Of a stretch of 64,000 bases of DNA, positions 17,800 through 26,456 are shown one piece after another; the stretch's first letter is position 1; every line of letters begins with the position of its first letter. The position numbers were made by a program, and so were the translations under genes. The notes under the pieces were generated by a model. It was not told the origin of the DNA. It was given only the letters and a program-made list of their open reading frames with translations, and searched no databases. This DNA comes from Smithellaceae bacterium (GTDB lineage Bacteria; Desulfobacterota; Syntrophia; Syntrophales; Smithellaceae), in NCBI GenBank assembly GCA_963667845.2, contig CAXXVL010000002.1, positions 416,001 through 480,000 on the forward strand, read 5' to 3'.

Positions 17800-19260
17800 A
17801 TGGGAAAGACCAGGAAAGACTCGGATCAATCCGGAAAAGACATCATCAAGGCCCCGAGACAATGGCTGAGGCACATCTTTGAACACTCTCCCGCATTAGT
17901 TTGCGTCATGGATTACAACGGTGTTTTCCTTGATATCAATGAGGCGGGCGTTAAAATGCTGGGCGGAAGTTCGAGAAATGATTTCATCGGGAAACTCTCC
18001 ATCGCCGCTTTCTATGCTGATCCGGACGACATCACCCGGTTTCAGGGGATCGTCGCACGCTGCGGAGTTATCCGGGAGTTTGAAGCCCGCCTGCGATGCA
18101 TCGACGGAAAAATAATTGACGTCCGGATAACCGGTGCCGCCCGCCGCAGCGTAAAAGGCGACATTATCGGTTACGAAGCATTCATTATCGATGTGACCGA
18201 CAGGAAAACGGCTGAACAGGCTCTCCGGGAATCGGAAGAAAAATACCGTACGGTTGTGGAGACCTCCCTGACGTCTATCGTCGTGCACCAGGAAGGACGT
18301 ATCAAATTCGTCAACCAGCGGTTCGCCGACATGCTCGGTTTTGACAAGCCGGAAGACATCCTGGGCCATTATTTTTGGGAGTTTGTGCATCCGGATGATC
18401 GGGCCATGGTCAGAGAAAGAGGAATGATGCGGGAAGGCGGACATCTTAAACCCGAACACTATATTTACCGGTACACGGAAAAAGACAGCAAGGCGGTAAA
18501 ATGGGCGGAGCTGCGCGCGACACATGCCATGTATATGGGTAAACCGGCAGTCATATCTAATTTTATCGACATCACCAAGACGAAGAAAGCTGAAGAGGAG
18601 ATCCGCCAGTTATCGGGGCGACTGGTTAAAGTCCGGGAAGAGGAGAGAAAGAAGGTGGCGGCGGATCTTCATGATGAATTGGGGCAGATCCTGACCACCA
18701 TGCATTTCGGACTTGATGATCTGCAAAGAACCATTCCGTCCGACGCTGCCGGGCAGAAGGAACGCTGTGAAGAACTCATCCGCAGTGTCGAACGGATGGC
18801 GAACGTCGTGCGCAAAACAACATCCTTTTTGCGCCCTATCCTCCTGGACCAGATGGTTTTGATTCCGGCTCTCAAAAGATATATCCGTGAATTTAAAGAG
18901 CACCGGCCCGACATTCACTTGAATTTCGAAGCTCTTGGTTTCAAAAACCGTCTGAATCCTGAAGTTGAACTGGCGATCTACCGCATATTTCAGGAAGGCC
19001 TGACGAATATCGTCAAACATGCCGAGGCGACCGAAGTTGAAATCATTCTGACATACAGCCATCCACATGTTATTTTGACGATCAGGGACAACGGCCTGGG
19101 TTGCGGAGGCGGTCCGCAGAAAAAGAGGAAAGTTGCAAAAAGAAACGAAGGGATCGGGCTGATCGGCATGCGGGAGCGCGTCGTATCTCTTGGCGGGTCG
19201 CTTGAAGTATCCACAGCCCCGGGCAAGGGAATGACGATCCGAGCGGATATCCCGGCTTAG
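17800..19260 (+). CDS. Cytoplasmic PAS-PAS sensor histidine kinase (HisKA_3)
   Basis: Two PAS/PAC repeats, EEERKKVAADLHDELGQ, RIFQEGLTNIVKHA, DNGLG, GIGLIGMRER. Confidence 0.93.
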   Translation: MGKTRKDSDQSGKDIIKAPRQWLRHIFEHSPALVCVMDYNGVFLDINEAGVKMLGGSSRNDFIGKLSIAAFYADPDDITRFQGIVARCGVIREFEARLRCIDGKIIDVRITGAARRSVKGDIIGYEAFIIDVTDRKTAEQALRESEEKYRTVVETSLTSIVVHQEGRIKFVNQRFADMLGFDKPEDILGHYFWEFVHPDDRAMVRERGMMREGGHLKPEHYIYRYTEKDSKAVKWAELRATHAMYMGKPAVISNFIDITKTKKAEEEIRQLSGRLVKVREEERKKVAADLHDELGQILTTMHFGLDDLQRTIPSDAAGQKERCEELIRSVERMANVVRKTTSFLRPILLDQMVLIPALKRYIREFKEHRPDIHLNFEALGFKNRLNPEVELAIYRIFQEGLTNIVKHAEATEVEIILTYSHPHVILTIRDNGLGCGGGPQKKRKVAKRNEGIGLIGMRERVVSLGGSLEVSTAPGKGMTIRADIPA

Positions 19261-19277
19261 CTTAAGGGACAGGTGTG

Positions 19278-19946
19278 ATGAAAAAAATCAAAGTATTGGT
19301 GACCGACGACCATGACATCGTCCGGGATGGCTTAAAACAGCTCCTCAACAGTCAGGCAAACATGGAAGTAATCGGAGAGGCCAGCGACGGCCGGGAGGCC
19401 CTGGAAAAAATCAAGCTGCTCCATCCGGATGTTGTCTTGCTGGACATTACGATGCCGAACATGACCGGATTGGAGGTCGTCAATCTCATCCGCAATATCA
19501 CGCCGAAAACAAGGATTGTGGTGTTTTCCATGCATGCCAAGGAAAGTTATGTCAAAGAGATTCTCGCGGCAGGAGCATTCGGCTATGTCCTCAAAGCATC
19601 TCCCAGTTCCGATATTCTGACAGCCATCGGGGCGGCCTTCCGGGGAGAGTATTTTCTCAGTTCCAAATTGAAGGCCGAGGTTATCGATAAATACGTCAAG
19701 GGTCAGACAGGAACCCCTTCCGTCAGCGGTTACGATCTGCTGACCGAGCGCGAACAGCAGGTTTTTCGTCTGGTGGCTCAGGGACATTCCACAGACCGGA
19801 TTGCCGATCTGCTTTTTATCAGTCCCAAGACGGTAGAAAAACACCGGACCAGTATCATGCGCAAACTCGATATTCATGATCGGTTCGAACTCTTGAAATA
19901 TGCGATTAAAATAGGCGTTGTCGATCCCGAACTTTGGGAAGAATAG
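19278..19946 (+). CDS. NarL/FixJ-family response regulator
   Basis: VTDDHDIVRDG, LLDITMP, LTEREQQVFRLVAQG, ISPKTVEKHRTSIMRKL. Alternative GTG start at 19275. Confidence 0.95.
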   Translation: MKKIKVLVTDDHDIVRDGLKQLLNSQANMEVIGEASDGREALEKIKLLHPDVVLLDITMPNMTGLEVVNLIRNITPKTRIVVFSMHAKESYVKEILAAGAFGYVLKASPSSDILTAIGAAFRGEYFLSSKLKAEVIDKYVKGQTGTPSVSGYDLLTEREQQVFRLVAQGHSTDRIADLLFISPKTVEKHRTSIMRKLDIHDRFELLKYAIKIGVVDPELWEE

Positions 19947-20023
19947 GAAATTCGCCTCTCTCGTCCTGCGGTCTCTTCCCTACGCTTAGGCCATTGTTCC
20001 CATTGTATTAAATGCATTTTGGC

Positions 20024-20086
20024 AGGGTTACTCCCCATATGAAAAGTAGGGGCACCCTCCAGTTCATATGGGGTTTATACCTGATT
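20024..20086. promoter_or_regulatory. Candidate NarL-type binding boxes
   Basis: 11-bp inverted repeat CCCCATATGAA (20033-43) / TTCATATGGGG (20063-73), inside three roughly 22-bp-spaced GGG...CC units. Confidence 0.45.
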
Positions 20087-20333
20087 GTTTCTTCCCGGGA
20101 AATATCTTACAAACTGTGCAGAAGAGAAAACCCCTCTAAGCCAATAAAAATAAGGAGGGTATAAAACGGACCGGAGCGTTGCGGAAGGACCTTTTCTTCG
20201 GCGGCGATTGTCGGAATCCCTGACAACATGTCCCATCATTGAAATTTGAAAATGGCTCACCAGGCACCGATCAAAATTTTCAAGATCGATGGAGGATGTT
20301 AATAAATTGAAGAATTTTCAAAAGGAGGTTTAA

Positions 20334-21815
20334 ATGAAGTATATGACGAAAAGATTATTTGTTTTGTTGGGCCTGCTCTGCCTTTTATCTTTAGTCGTCG
20401 GGAGCCCGTCCACGACTTTCGCGGCTAAGGCGCAAAAGGCCGGCAAGGAGGCAAAGGCCGATCCGTCGGATAAATTGGGCAAGCCGAATGCGGCTTTTGA
20501 CATCAATAAAATGTCCGATATGTCGGACTTTGATCCGGCCAACCCGGTGATCCCCACCGGCGATGTCATCAAGATCGCCCATGTGGCGCCCTTTTCCGGG
20601 CCGGGCGCCATCAATGGGGAACTCCACTATGCCCCGATGCTCTGGGCTGTGCACGATATCAATAAGCGCGGCGGCATCTGGGTGGACGGCAAGAAGAAAA
20701 AGATCGCCCTCATCAAGGCCGACTCCATGTCCAAACCCGACCAGGCCAAAAAGATCTGCGAGCGGATGATCCTGCAGGAGAAAGTCCAGTTCCTGGTGGG
20801 CACATCCGGCAGCAATATCATGAAGGTCATGAACGAAACGGGCGCCAAGTATAAGGTCATTGTCATGAACGAAGGCGCGCTGTCCGATGATCTCATGGAC
20901 GCCGGAAATTTCAGCCCCTATGCCTTCATGTCTTCGGCCTCGACGGAGCAGATTGGACGGGGACTGGCCTATTACTATGGACAGATCCGGAAGAAGGAAA
21001 AGAAATTTTACATCATCGGTCAGGATTACTCATTCGGCCATGCCCTGGGCGATGGATTCAAAAAAGGCCTGAAAGAGTATTATCCCGAAGCTCAGATCGT
21101 CGGCGAAGATTATCATAAGCTGTTTCTGACGGATTTCGCACCGTATCTGGAAAAGATCAAAGCCTCCGGCGCCGAAGTCATTTATACCGGCGACTGGACC
21201 CCTGATTCGGGCAATCTCTTAAAGCAGGCCAGACAGATGGGCATCAAACTTCCTTTTGCCAATCTGTTCATGAATGAACCCAATGAACTCCATCAGGTCG
21301 GTGTGGAGGGAACCGCCGGACTGGTTAATATCGATCAGCATGACGTGACACCGGCTTTCAAATATCCCGGTTATGACAAATTTCACAAGGCATGGAATAC
21401 GCAGTGGCAGACAAAGTGGAAGACACAGCCTTTCAACAGCCGAGTCATGGAACACGGCAATTCCAATCTCGGTTCCTATATGATGCAGATGTACTGGCTG
21501 CTTTCGGTTATCGAGCGGGCCAAGAGCACCAATGCGGAAAAGATCATCAAAGTATGGGAGGGCGATACGTACCGGTTTGCCAACGGCCATATCATAAAAA
21601 TGCGGGCCTGCGACCACAAGGCTGTACAGAATCTGCTTGTCACCGAATATGTACCCCCGGAGCAGCAAAAGGCGTCTTTCAACATTCCCCCGTATTACTG
21701 GTTTAAGGGGTGTTCTTCAGCCGGACCGGGCTGGATTATTCCCGCCGGAAAGGTGCTTCCCCAGATGGATCAGAAGTCGGATCGCTGTAAGGGAAAGAGC
21801 GATTGGGGAGAATAA
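20334..21815 (+). CDS. ABC transporter substrate-binding protein, LivJ/type 1 periplasmic fold
   Basis: Signal peptide, IKIAHVAPFSGPGA, INKRGGI, QDYSFGH, DFAPYLEKIKASGAEVI. Confidence 0.88.
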   Translation: MKYMTKRLFVLLGLLCLLSLVVGSPSTTFAAKAQKAGKEAKADPSDKLGKPNAAFDINKMSDMSDFDPANPVIPTGDVIKIAHVAPFSGPGAINGELHYAPMLWAVHDINKRGGIWVDGKKKKIALIKADSMSKPDQAKKICERMILQEKVQFLVGTSGSNIMKVMNETGAKYKVIVMNEGALSDDLMDAGNFSPYAFMSSASTEQIGRGLAYYYGQIRKKEKKFYIIGQDYSFGHALGDGFKKGLKEYYPEAQIVGEDYHKLFLTDFAPYLEKIKASGAEVIYTGDWTPDSGNLLKQARQMGIKLPFANLFMNEPNELHQVGVEGTAGLVNIDQHDVTPAFKYPGYDKFHKAWNTQWQTKWKTQPFNSRVMEHGNSNLGSYMMQMYWLLSVIERAKSTNAEKIIKVWEGDTYRFANGHIIKMRACDHKAVQNLLVTEYVPPEQQKASFNIPPYYWFKGCSSAGPGWIIPAGKVLPQMDQKSDRCKGKSDWGE

Positions 21816-21838
21816 TCGCCGTCTCCAAATGTTAGAAC

Positions 21839-21877
21839 AAACCGGCGTGCAGCCTGGTTTTGCTGCACGCCGGTTTT
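21839..21877 (+). terminator. Intrinsic terminator
   Basis: AAACCGGCGTGCAGC-n8-GCTGCACGCCGGTTTT, 15-bp stem. Confidence 0.8.
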
Positions 21878-22036
21878 AATAGAAAAAGGCGAATGCGGTT
21901 TTTGCAAAAATATCCTGAGGTCAAATAGTCTTTCTTCTCTCCATTCAGCCGGAGACCGCCCCCCGGTTCGCTATCCGCTTCAAGAAGAATACTTTTCTAT
22001 TATTCACAAAGCACCACCTGCAAGGAGTCAGTATTT

Positions 22037-23083
22037 ATGAGCAACAAAGTCGATAAACGAATGAGCGCCCGGGAAGCCATCGCCGAATATGTCCATGACG
22101 GCGATACGCTCATTATTGGAAATTACACCCTCTGCATGGCCTGCGGCCTCATCTATGAAATCGTGAGGCAAAAGAAGAAAGGGCTGACGCACTGTTCCCA
22201 GTCCGGTCATGTCATTGACGAGGTACTGGTTGCGGGAGGGTGCGTCGAGAACCTGGTCACCGCTTATGTGATCAACGCGGGCGGCACGGAAGGCGGTTCG
22301 GCCGTAGCGCGGGCCTGGAAAACAGGGAAACTGCAGCTCGAGGACTACACCAACTTTAACTACAATGCGCGATTGACCGCAGGGATGCACGGATTCAGCT
22401 TCATGCCCGTTTTTGAAGGCATCATCCATACGGATCTTTTCGAGAAGCGCGGTTTTATGGGCGACAATAAATATAAGGTCATCACCTGCCCCTTCACCGG
22501 CAAAGACACGGTTCTTGTCCCGGCTCTCAATCCGGATGTCTGCGTGATTCATGTGCAGCGCGCCGATAAATTCGGCAACGCCCAGTATTGGGGCGCTATG
22601 GGAAGCGTGCAGGCGGCGGCCCTGGCCAGCAAAAGGATCATCGTTTCCTGCGAAGAGATTGTGGAACACGATGTCATTCAGGCGAGTCCTCACTTTACGA
22701 TTATTCCCGCTTTCCGTGTTGACGCGGTTGTGGAAATGCCCTGGGGAGCCCATCCTTCGGATGTCGTCGGTTATTACAACTCGGATCGCCTGGCCTTTGC
22801 TCTTTTTATGCAGGCACTGCAGTCGGAGGCGGCAACCAATGCCTGGCTTAGCGAGTGGGTTTACGGGTGTCAGGATCATAATGCCTACATCAAACATCAC
22901 ATCGATCGGTTTGGATTAGAGTTGATGAACAGTATCAAGGCCCGGGCCTTCTATTCGGCGCCGGCAAACTACGGAGCGGCCTTTACCTCCGTTTGGGATG
23001 AACATAACCGCGAAAGAACCATGGACGTTACCCTGGAAGAACTTGAGCAAGTCATGAAGGAGAAGGGGGTGCTTTATGAGTAA
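22037..23083 (+). CDS. Family I CoA transferase subunit A (glutaconate CoA-transferase GctA-like)
   Basis: AIAEYVHDGD, ITCPFTG, PALNPDVCVIHVQRADKFGN, IVSCEEIV, PWGAHPS. Confidence 0.88.
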   Translation: MSNKVDKRMSAREAIAEYVHDGDTLIIGNYTLCMACGLIYEIVRQKKKGLTHCSQSGHVIDEVLVAGGCVENLVTAYVINAGGTEGGSAVARAWKTGKLQLEDYTNFNYNARLTAGMHGFSFMPVFEGIIHTDLFEKRGFMGDNKYKVITCPFTGKDTVLVPALNPDVCVIHVQRADKFGNAQYWGAMGSVQAAALASKRIIVSCEEIVEHDVIQASPHFTIIPAFRVDAVVEMPWGAHPSDVVGYYNSDRLAFALFMQALQSEAATNAWLSEWVYGCQDHNAYIKHHIDRFGLELMNSIKARAFYSAPANYGAAFTSVWDEHNRERTMDVTLEELEQVMKEKGVLYE

Positions 23084-23891
23084 GCCCTACACATTGAATG
23101 AATTGTTGATCATCGCCATCGCCAAAGAAATACATGATTACGAAAATGCCGTACTGGGCGTCGGAATTCCCATGACGTCGGGGGCGCTGGCGAAAGCCCT
23201 GTTTGCTCCTCATGCGACTCTGATGATGGAATCGGGAATCATTGATTTCGAACCGACGGTTCCGTTGAATCATATTGCGGATTGTCTGTCCTGCCGTGGT
23301 TTTTCTTATTCTACCGATCTCTTTTCCGCTTTTACGATGACCTACCGCGGTTTCGTGGACGTCTGTTTTCTCGGTGTAGCCCAGGTGGACAAATACGGAA
23401 ACCTGAATACCACCGTGATCGGGGATTATTATAATCCGACCATGCGGCTGCCTGGTTCGGGGGGCGCCGCCGATTTTATCTCTTATGCCAAGCGAACCAT
23501 TCTCACCATGCGCAGCGGGGAATTCGTCGAGAAGCTTCTTTACCGCACATCTCCGGGCTATCTGGATGGCGGCGACAGCCGGGACCGTTCCGGACATTTC
23601 CCCCCGGGGACCGGCCCGACCAAGCTGATCAGCACACAGGGAATTTTTGAATTTGATCCGACAACCAAAGAAATGTATCTGGCGAAGGTGCATCCCGGGG
23701 TCAGCGTTGATAAAATCAAGAAGAAGATTCCCTGGGATCTGAAGGTGTCCCCGGATCTGACCGAAACGGACAGGCCGACGGACGACGAGATCGATTTTAT
23801 CCGGCGGTTTGCCCCCACGGAGTCTGTCGGCAAAAATATCGCTGTTGAACTGGCCATCGCCAAGATGATGAAACGGACGCAGGTCCAGTAA
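23076..23891 (+). CDS. Family I CoA transferase subunit B (GctB-like)
   Basis: LGVGIP, catalytic Glu in MMESG, FLGVAQVDKYGNLNTT, RLPGSGGAAD, TSPGYL. Overlaps the subunit A stop. Confidence 0.9.
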   Translation: MSKPYTLNELLIIAIAKEIHDYENAVLGVGIPMTSGALAKALFAPHATLMMESGIIDFEPTVPLNHIADCLSCRGFSYSTDLFSAFTMTYRGFVDVCFLGVAQVDKYGNLNTTVIGDYYNPTMRLPGSGGAADFISYAKRTILTMRSGEFVEKLLYRTSPGYLDGGDSRDRSGHFPPGTGPTKLISTQGIFEFDPTTKEMYLAKVHPGVSVDKIKKKIPWDLKVSPDLTETDRPTDDEIDFIRRFAPTESVGKNIAVELAIAKMMKRTQVQ

Positions 23892-23975
23892 AGATGAAAA
23901 GCTCAATCCCGGCTTGATGTAGAGAGCCCGCATGGCTGCCGGATAAATCAAAAGTACAAAACAAATTGCCCTGGG

Positions 23976-23999
23976 GCGGGCGGGATCATACCCGCCCGC
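23976..23999 (+). terminator. GC-rich hairpin after the CoA transferase genes
   Basis: GCGGGCGGG-n6-CCCGCCCGC; the U-tract is weak. Confidence 0.5.
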
Positions 24000-24127
24000 A
24001 CTATTTCGCCATCCGTCATAACAATCATCCTGAGTTCCCGTCTCCCGTCAAAGATATTTATTTTTCCCCTCAAGTGTGGTTAGATAACGCGTCTCACGTG
24101 GGATGAACGACGCGATGGAGCAACCGG

Positions 24128-25636
24128 ATGAACCACAAAAAAAAATCAAAAGAAGAATCAATCGATCAGACTAAATCGTCGCCCGGACCGCCCCCTGCCG
24201 GCGGCCCCCAGCGGATCAGGGAAGCCTCGGGAGAGGATCTGTATAAAATTCTGGCGCAGTCCTCCCAGGTGGGATTCTACATCATGCAGGAGAGCCAATT
24301 CCAATTCATCAATTCCCACTTCCGGGAGTATGCGGGCTACACCGAAGACGAGCTGCTGAAGATGAGCCCTCAGTCGCTGATCCTGCCGGAGGACCGGCGC
24401 AAAACGGCCAAGAATGCAATCATGATGCTCAAGGAGCAGCGCTTTTCGCCCTACGAATTCCGCATTGTCACCAAAGAAGGACGCGTCAAATGGATCATGG
24501 AAACCGTCATGTCGATTACCTACAAGGGACGGCAGGCCATTCTCGGCAATTCCATGGACATTACCGAACGCAAGGAGGCGAGCCGCAGGCTCGAAGAGCT
24601 CGAAGCGCTGGAATCATCAATCCTCGACGCGATCCCCCAGGCCGTCCTCGGGCTCCACGAACGGCGCATCAACTTTGCCAATCACGCCGTCAAGCTGATC
24701 TTCGGCTGGCACCGCGAGGAACTCATCGGCAAGAGTATCCGCATGATCTACCGCAACGAGGAGGAGGCGGATACCGTCGGCCGGATCTTCTATTCCAGCC
24801 TCGAGCATCAGCGGACCTATGAAACGGAATTCCCCTGCCTGCGCAAGGACGGCACAGAAATTCTCTGCCGGATGAAGGCGTCACGCATCGGGGAAAAACT
24901 GCGTGAGAAGCGCATCGTCGTCACGTATGAGGACGTCACCGCTGAAAAAAAGGCGCAGGAGGACCTGAAGCGCTCGCGCGAAGAACTGCGGAATCTTTCC
25001 ACTCATCTTCAATTTGTCCGTGAGGAAGAGAGCACGCGCGTCGCGCGGAAGATTCACGATGAACTGGGACAATCCCTCACCGCGCTGCAGATGGATTTAT
25101 CCTGGCTCACCAACCATCTGTCGACCGGTGACAAAGGCATCCGGGAAAAAACCAAGAGCATGTCGGATCTCGTCGATGCCACAATTGAGAGCGTTCACAA
25201 CATTTCGACGGAATTGCGGCCCAGCCTGCTCGACGACCTGGGGTTGCCCGCCGCCATCGAATGGCAGGCCGCCGATTTTCAAAAACGTTCCGGGATCCGC
25301 TGCCAGGCCCATATCGTCGGCCAGAAAAGCGTGATCGACAAAGAACTGTCCACGGCCGTCTTCCGTATTTTTCAGGAGACGCTCACCAACATCGCACGAC
25401 ACTCCAGGGCCACCTTGTGCAAGGTCAGCCTCACGGAAAACGAAAAAGAACTGTGCCTGGAGGTGATGGACAACGGCGTCGGCATCACCCAATGGCAGGT
25501 GGACGATCCGCGCTCCTTCGGGATGATCGGCATGCGCGAGCGCGCCCATCTCTGGGGCGGCACGGTTCACGTCCGCAACGCCAAACCTTCCGGAACAACC
25601 GTAAGAGTACTGATACCCCTCTTACAAAGGAGATAG
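24128..25636 (+). CDS. PAS-PAS sensor histidine kinase (HisKA_3)
   Basis: Two PAS domains, REEESTRVARKIHDELGQ, RIFQETLTNIARHS, DNGVG, FGMIGMRER. Confidence 0.93.
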   Translation: MNHKKKSKEESIDQTKSSPGPPPAGGPQRIREASGEDLYKILAQSSQVGFYIMQESQFQFINSHFREYAGYTEDELLKMSPQSLILPEDRRKTAKNAIMMLKEQRFSPYEFRIVTKEGRVKWIMETVMSITYKGRQAILGNSMDITERKEASRRLEELEALESSILDAIPQAVLGLHERRINFANHAVKLIFGWHREELIGKSIRMIYRNEEEADTVGRIFYSSLEHQRTYETEFPCLRKDGTEILCRMKASRIGEKLREKRIVVTYEDVTAEKKAQEDLKRSREELRNLSTHLQFVREEESTRVARKIHDELGQSLTALQMDLSWLTNHLSTGDKGIREKTKSMSDLVDATIESVHNISTELRPSLLDDLGLPAAIEWQAADFQKRSGIRCQAHIVGQKSVIDKELSTAVFRIFQETLTNIARHSRATLCKVSLTENEKELCLEVMDNGVGITQWQVDDPRSFGMIGMRERAHLWGGTVHVRNAKPSGTTVRVLIPLLQRR

Positions 25637-25642
25637 ACAAAC

Positions 25643-26275
25643 ATGATACGCATACTGGTTGCTGATGACCACGCCGTGGTGCGCCAGGGCGTGGTGCAGA
25701 TCCTGGCGGATGTTAAAGATATGCTGGTCAAGGATGAAGCACAAAACGGAGCTGAGACGCTCGATAAGATTTTGAAGTATGAGTATGACGTAGTCCTGCT
25801 CGATATCTCCATGCCGGGCCGCAGCGGGCTGGAAGTTCTGGAGGATATTAAAGCCCAGCGTCCGAAGTTGGCCGTGCTGATTCTGAGTATGCATCCCGAG
25901 GAGCAATATGCCGTGCGGGCGCTGCGCGCCGGCGCATCGGGCTATCTCACCAAGGCCAGCGCGCCTAATGAACTGATCGGCGCCATCCGCAAGGTGGCGA
26001 GCGGCGGGAAATATGTGACCGCGTCGCTTGCGGAAAAACTGGCCGACGAGCTGGATCTCGATACGCAAAAGCTGCCCCACGAAAGGCTTTCCAACCGCGA
26101 ACACCAGGTCATGCTGATGCTCGCTTCCGGTAAGTCCGTTTCCGATATCGCCGAAGAACTCTGCTTGAGCGTTAAAACCATCAGCACCTACCGCACCCGC
26201 GTGATGTCCAAGATGGCCATGAAAAAGAACGCCGAGTTAACGCTTTACGCCGTTCACAACAAACTAATCAATTAA
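25643..26275 (+). CDS. NarL/UvrY-like response regulator
   Basis: VADDHAVVRQG, LLDISMPG, LSMHPEEQYA, LSNREHQV, LSVKTISTYRTR. Confidence 0.95.
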   Translation: MIRILVADDHAVVRQGVVQILADVKDMLVKDEAQNGAETLDKILKYEYDVVLLDISMPGRSGLEVLEDIKAQRPKLAVLILSMHPEEQYAVRALRAGASGYLTKASAPNELIGAIRKVASGGKYVTASLAEKLADELDLDTQKLPHERLSNREHQVMLMLASGKSVSDIAEELCLSVKTISTYRTRVMSKMAMKKNAELTLYAVHNKLIN

Positions 26276-26292
26276 ATCCGTCCTTTGCTGTT

Positions 26293-26357
26293 TGTCGGAC
26301 AAAATCCGTCACAGCACCCGGGCATAATTCCGACACATAAATCAGCCCTGGGCCGAT
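26293..26357. promoter_or_regulatory. Candidate NarL-type binding boxes upstream of the ligase-GNAT gene
   Basis: Inverted repeat TGTCGGA (26293-99) / TCCGACA (26329-35), and three units ending TCCGTCA, TCCGACA, GCCGATA. Confidence 0.5.
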
Positions 26358-26456
26358 ATTTTCTTTTGAATGCCTGTGTTAGTCCAGTATCGGGTCCGAA
26401 TGTGTTGTCGCTATGATGCGGCAAATAGAGATGCGGACAAATAAGGGGGAAGCTTT

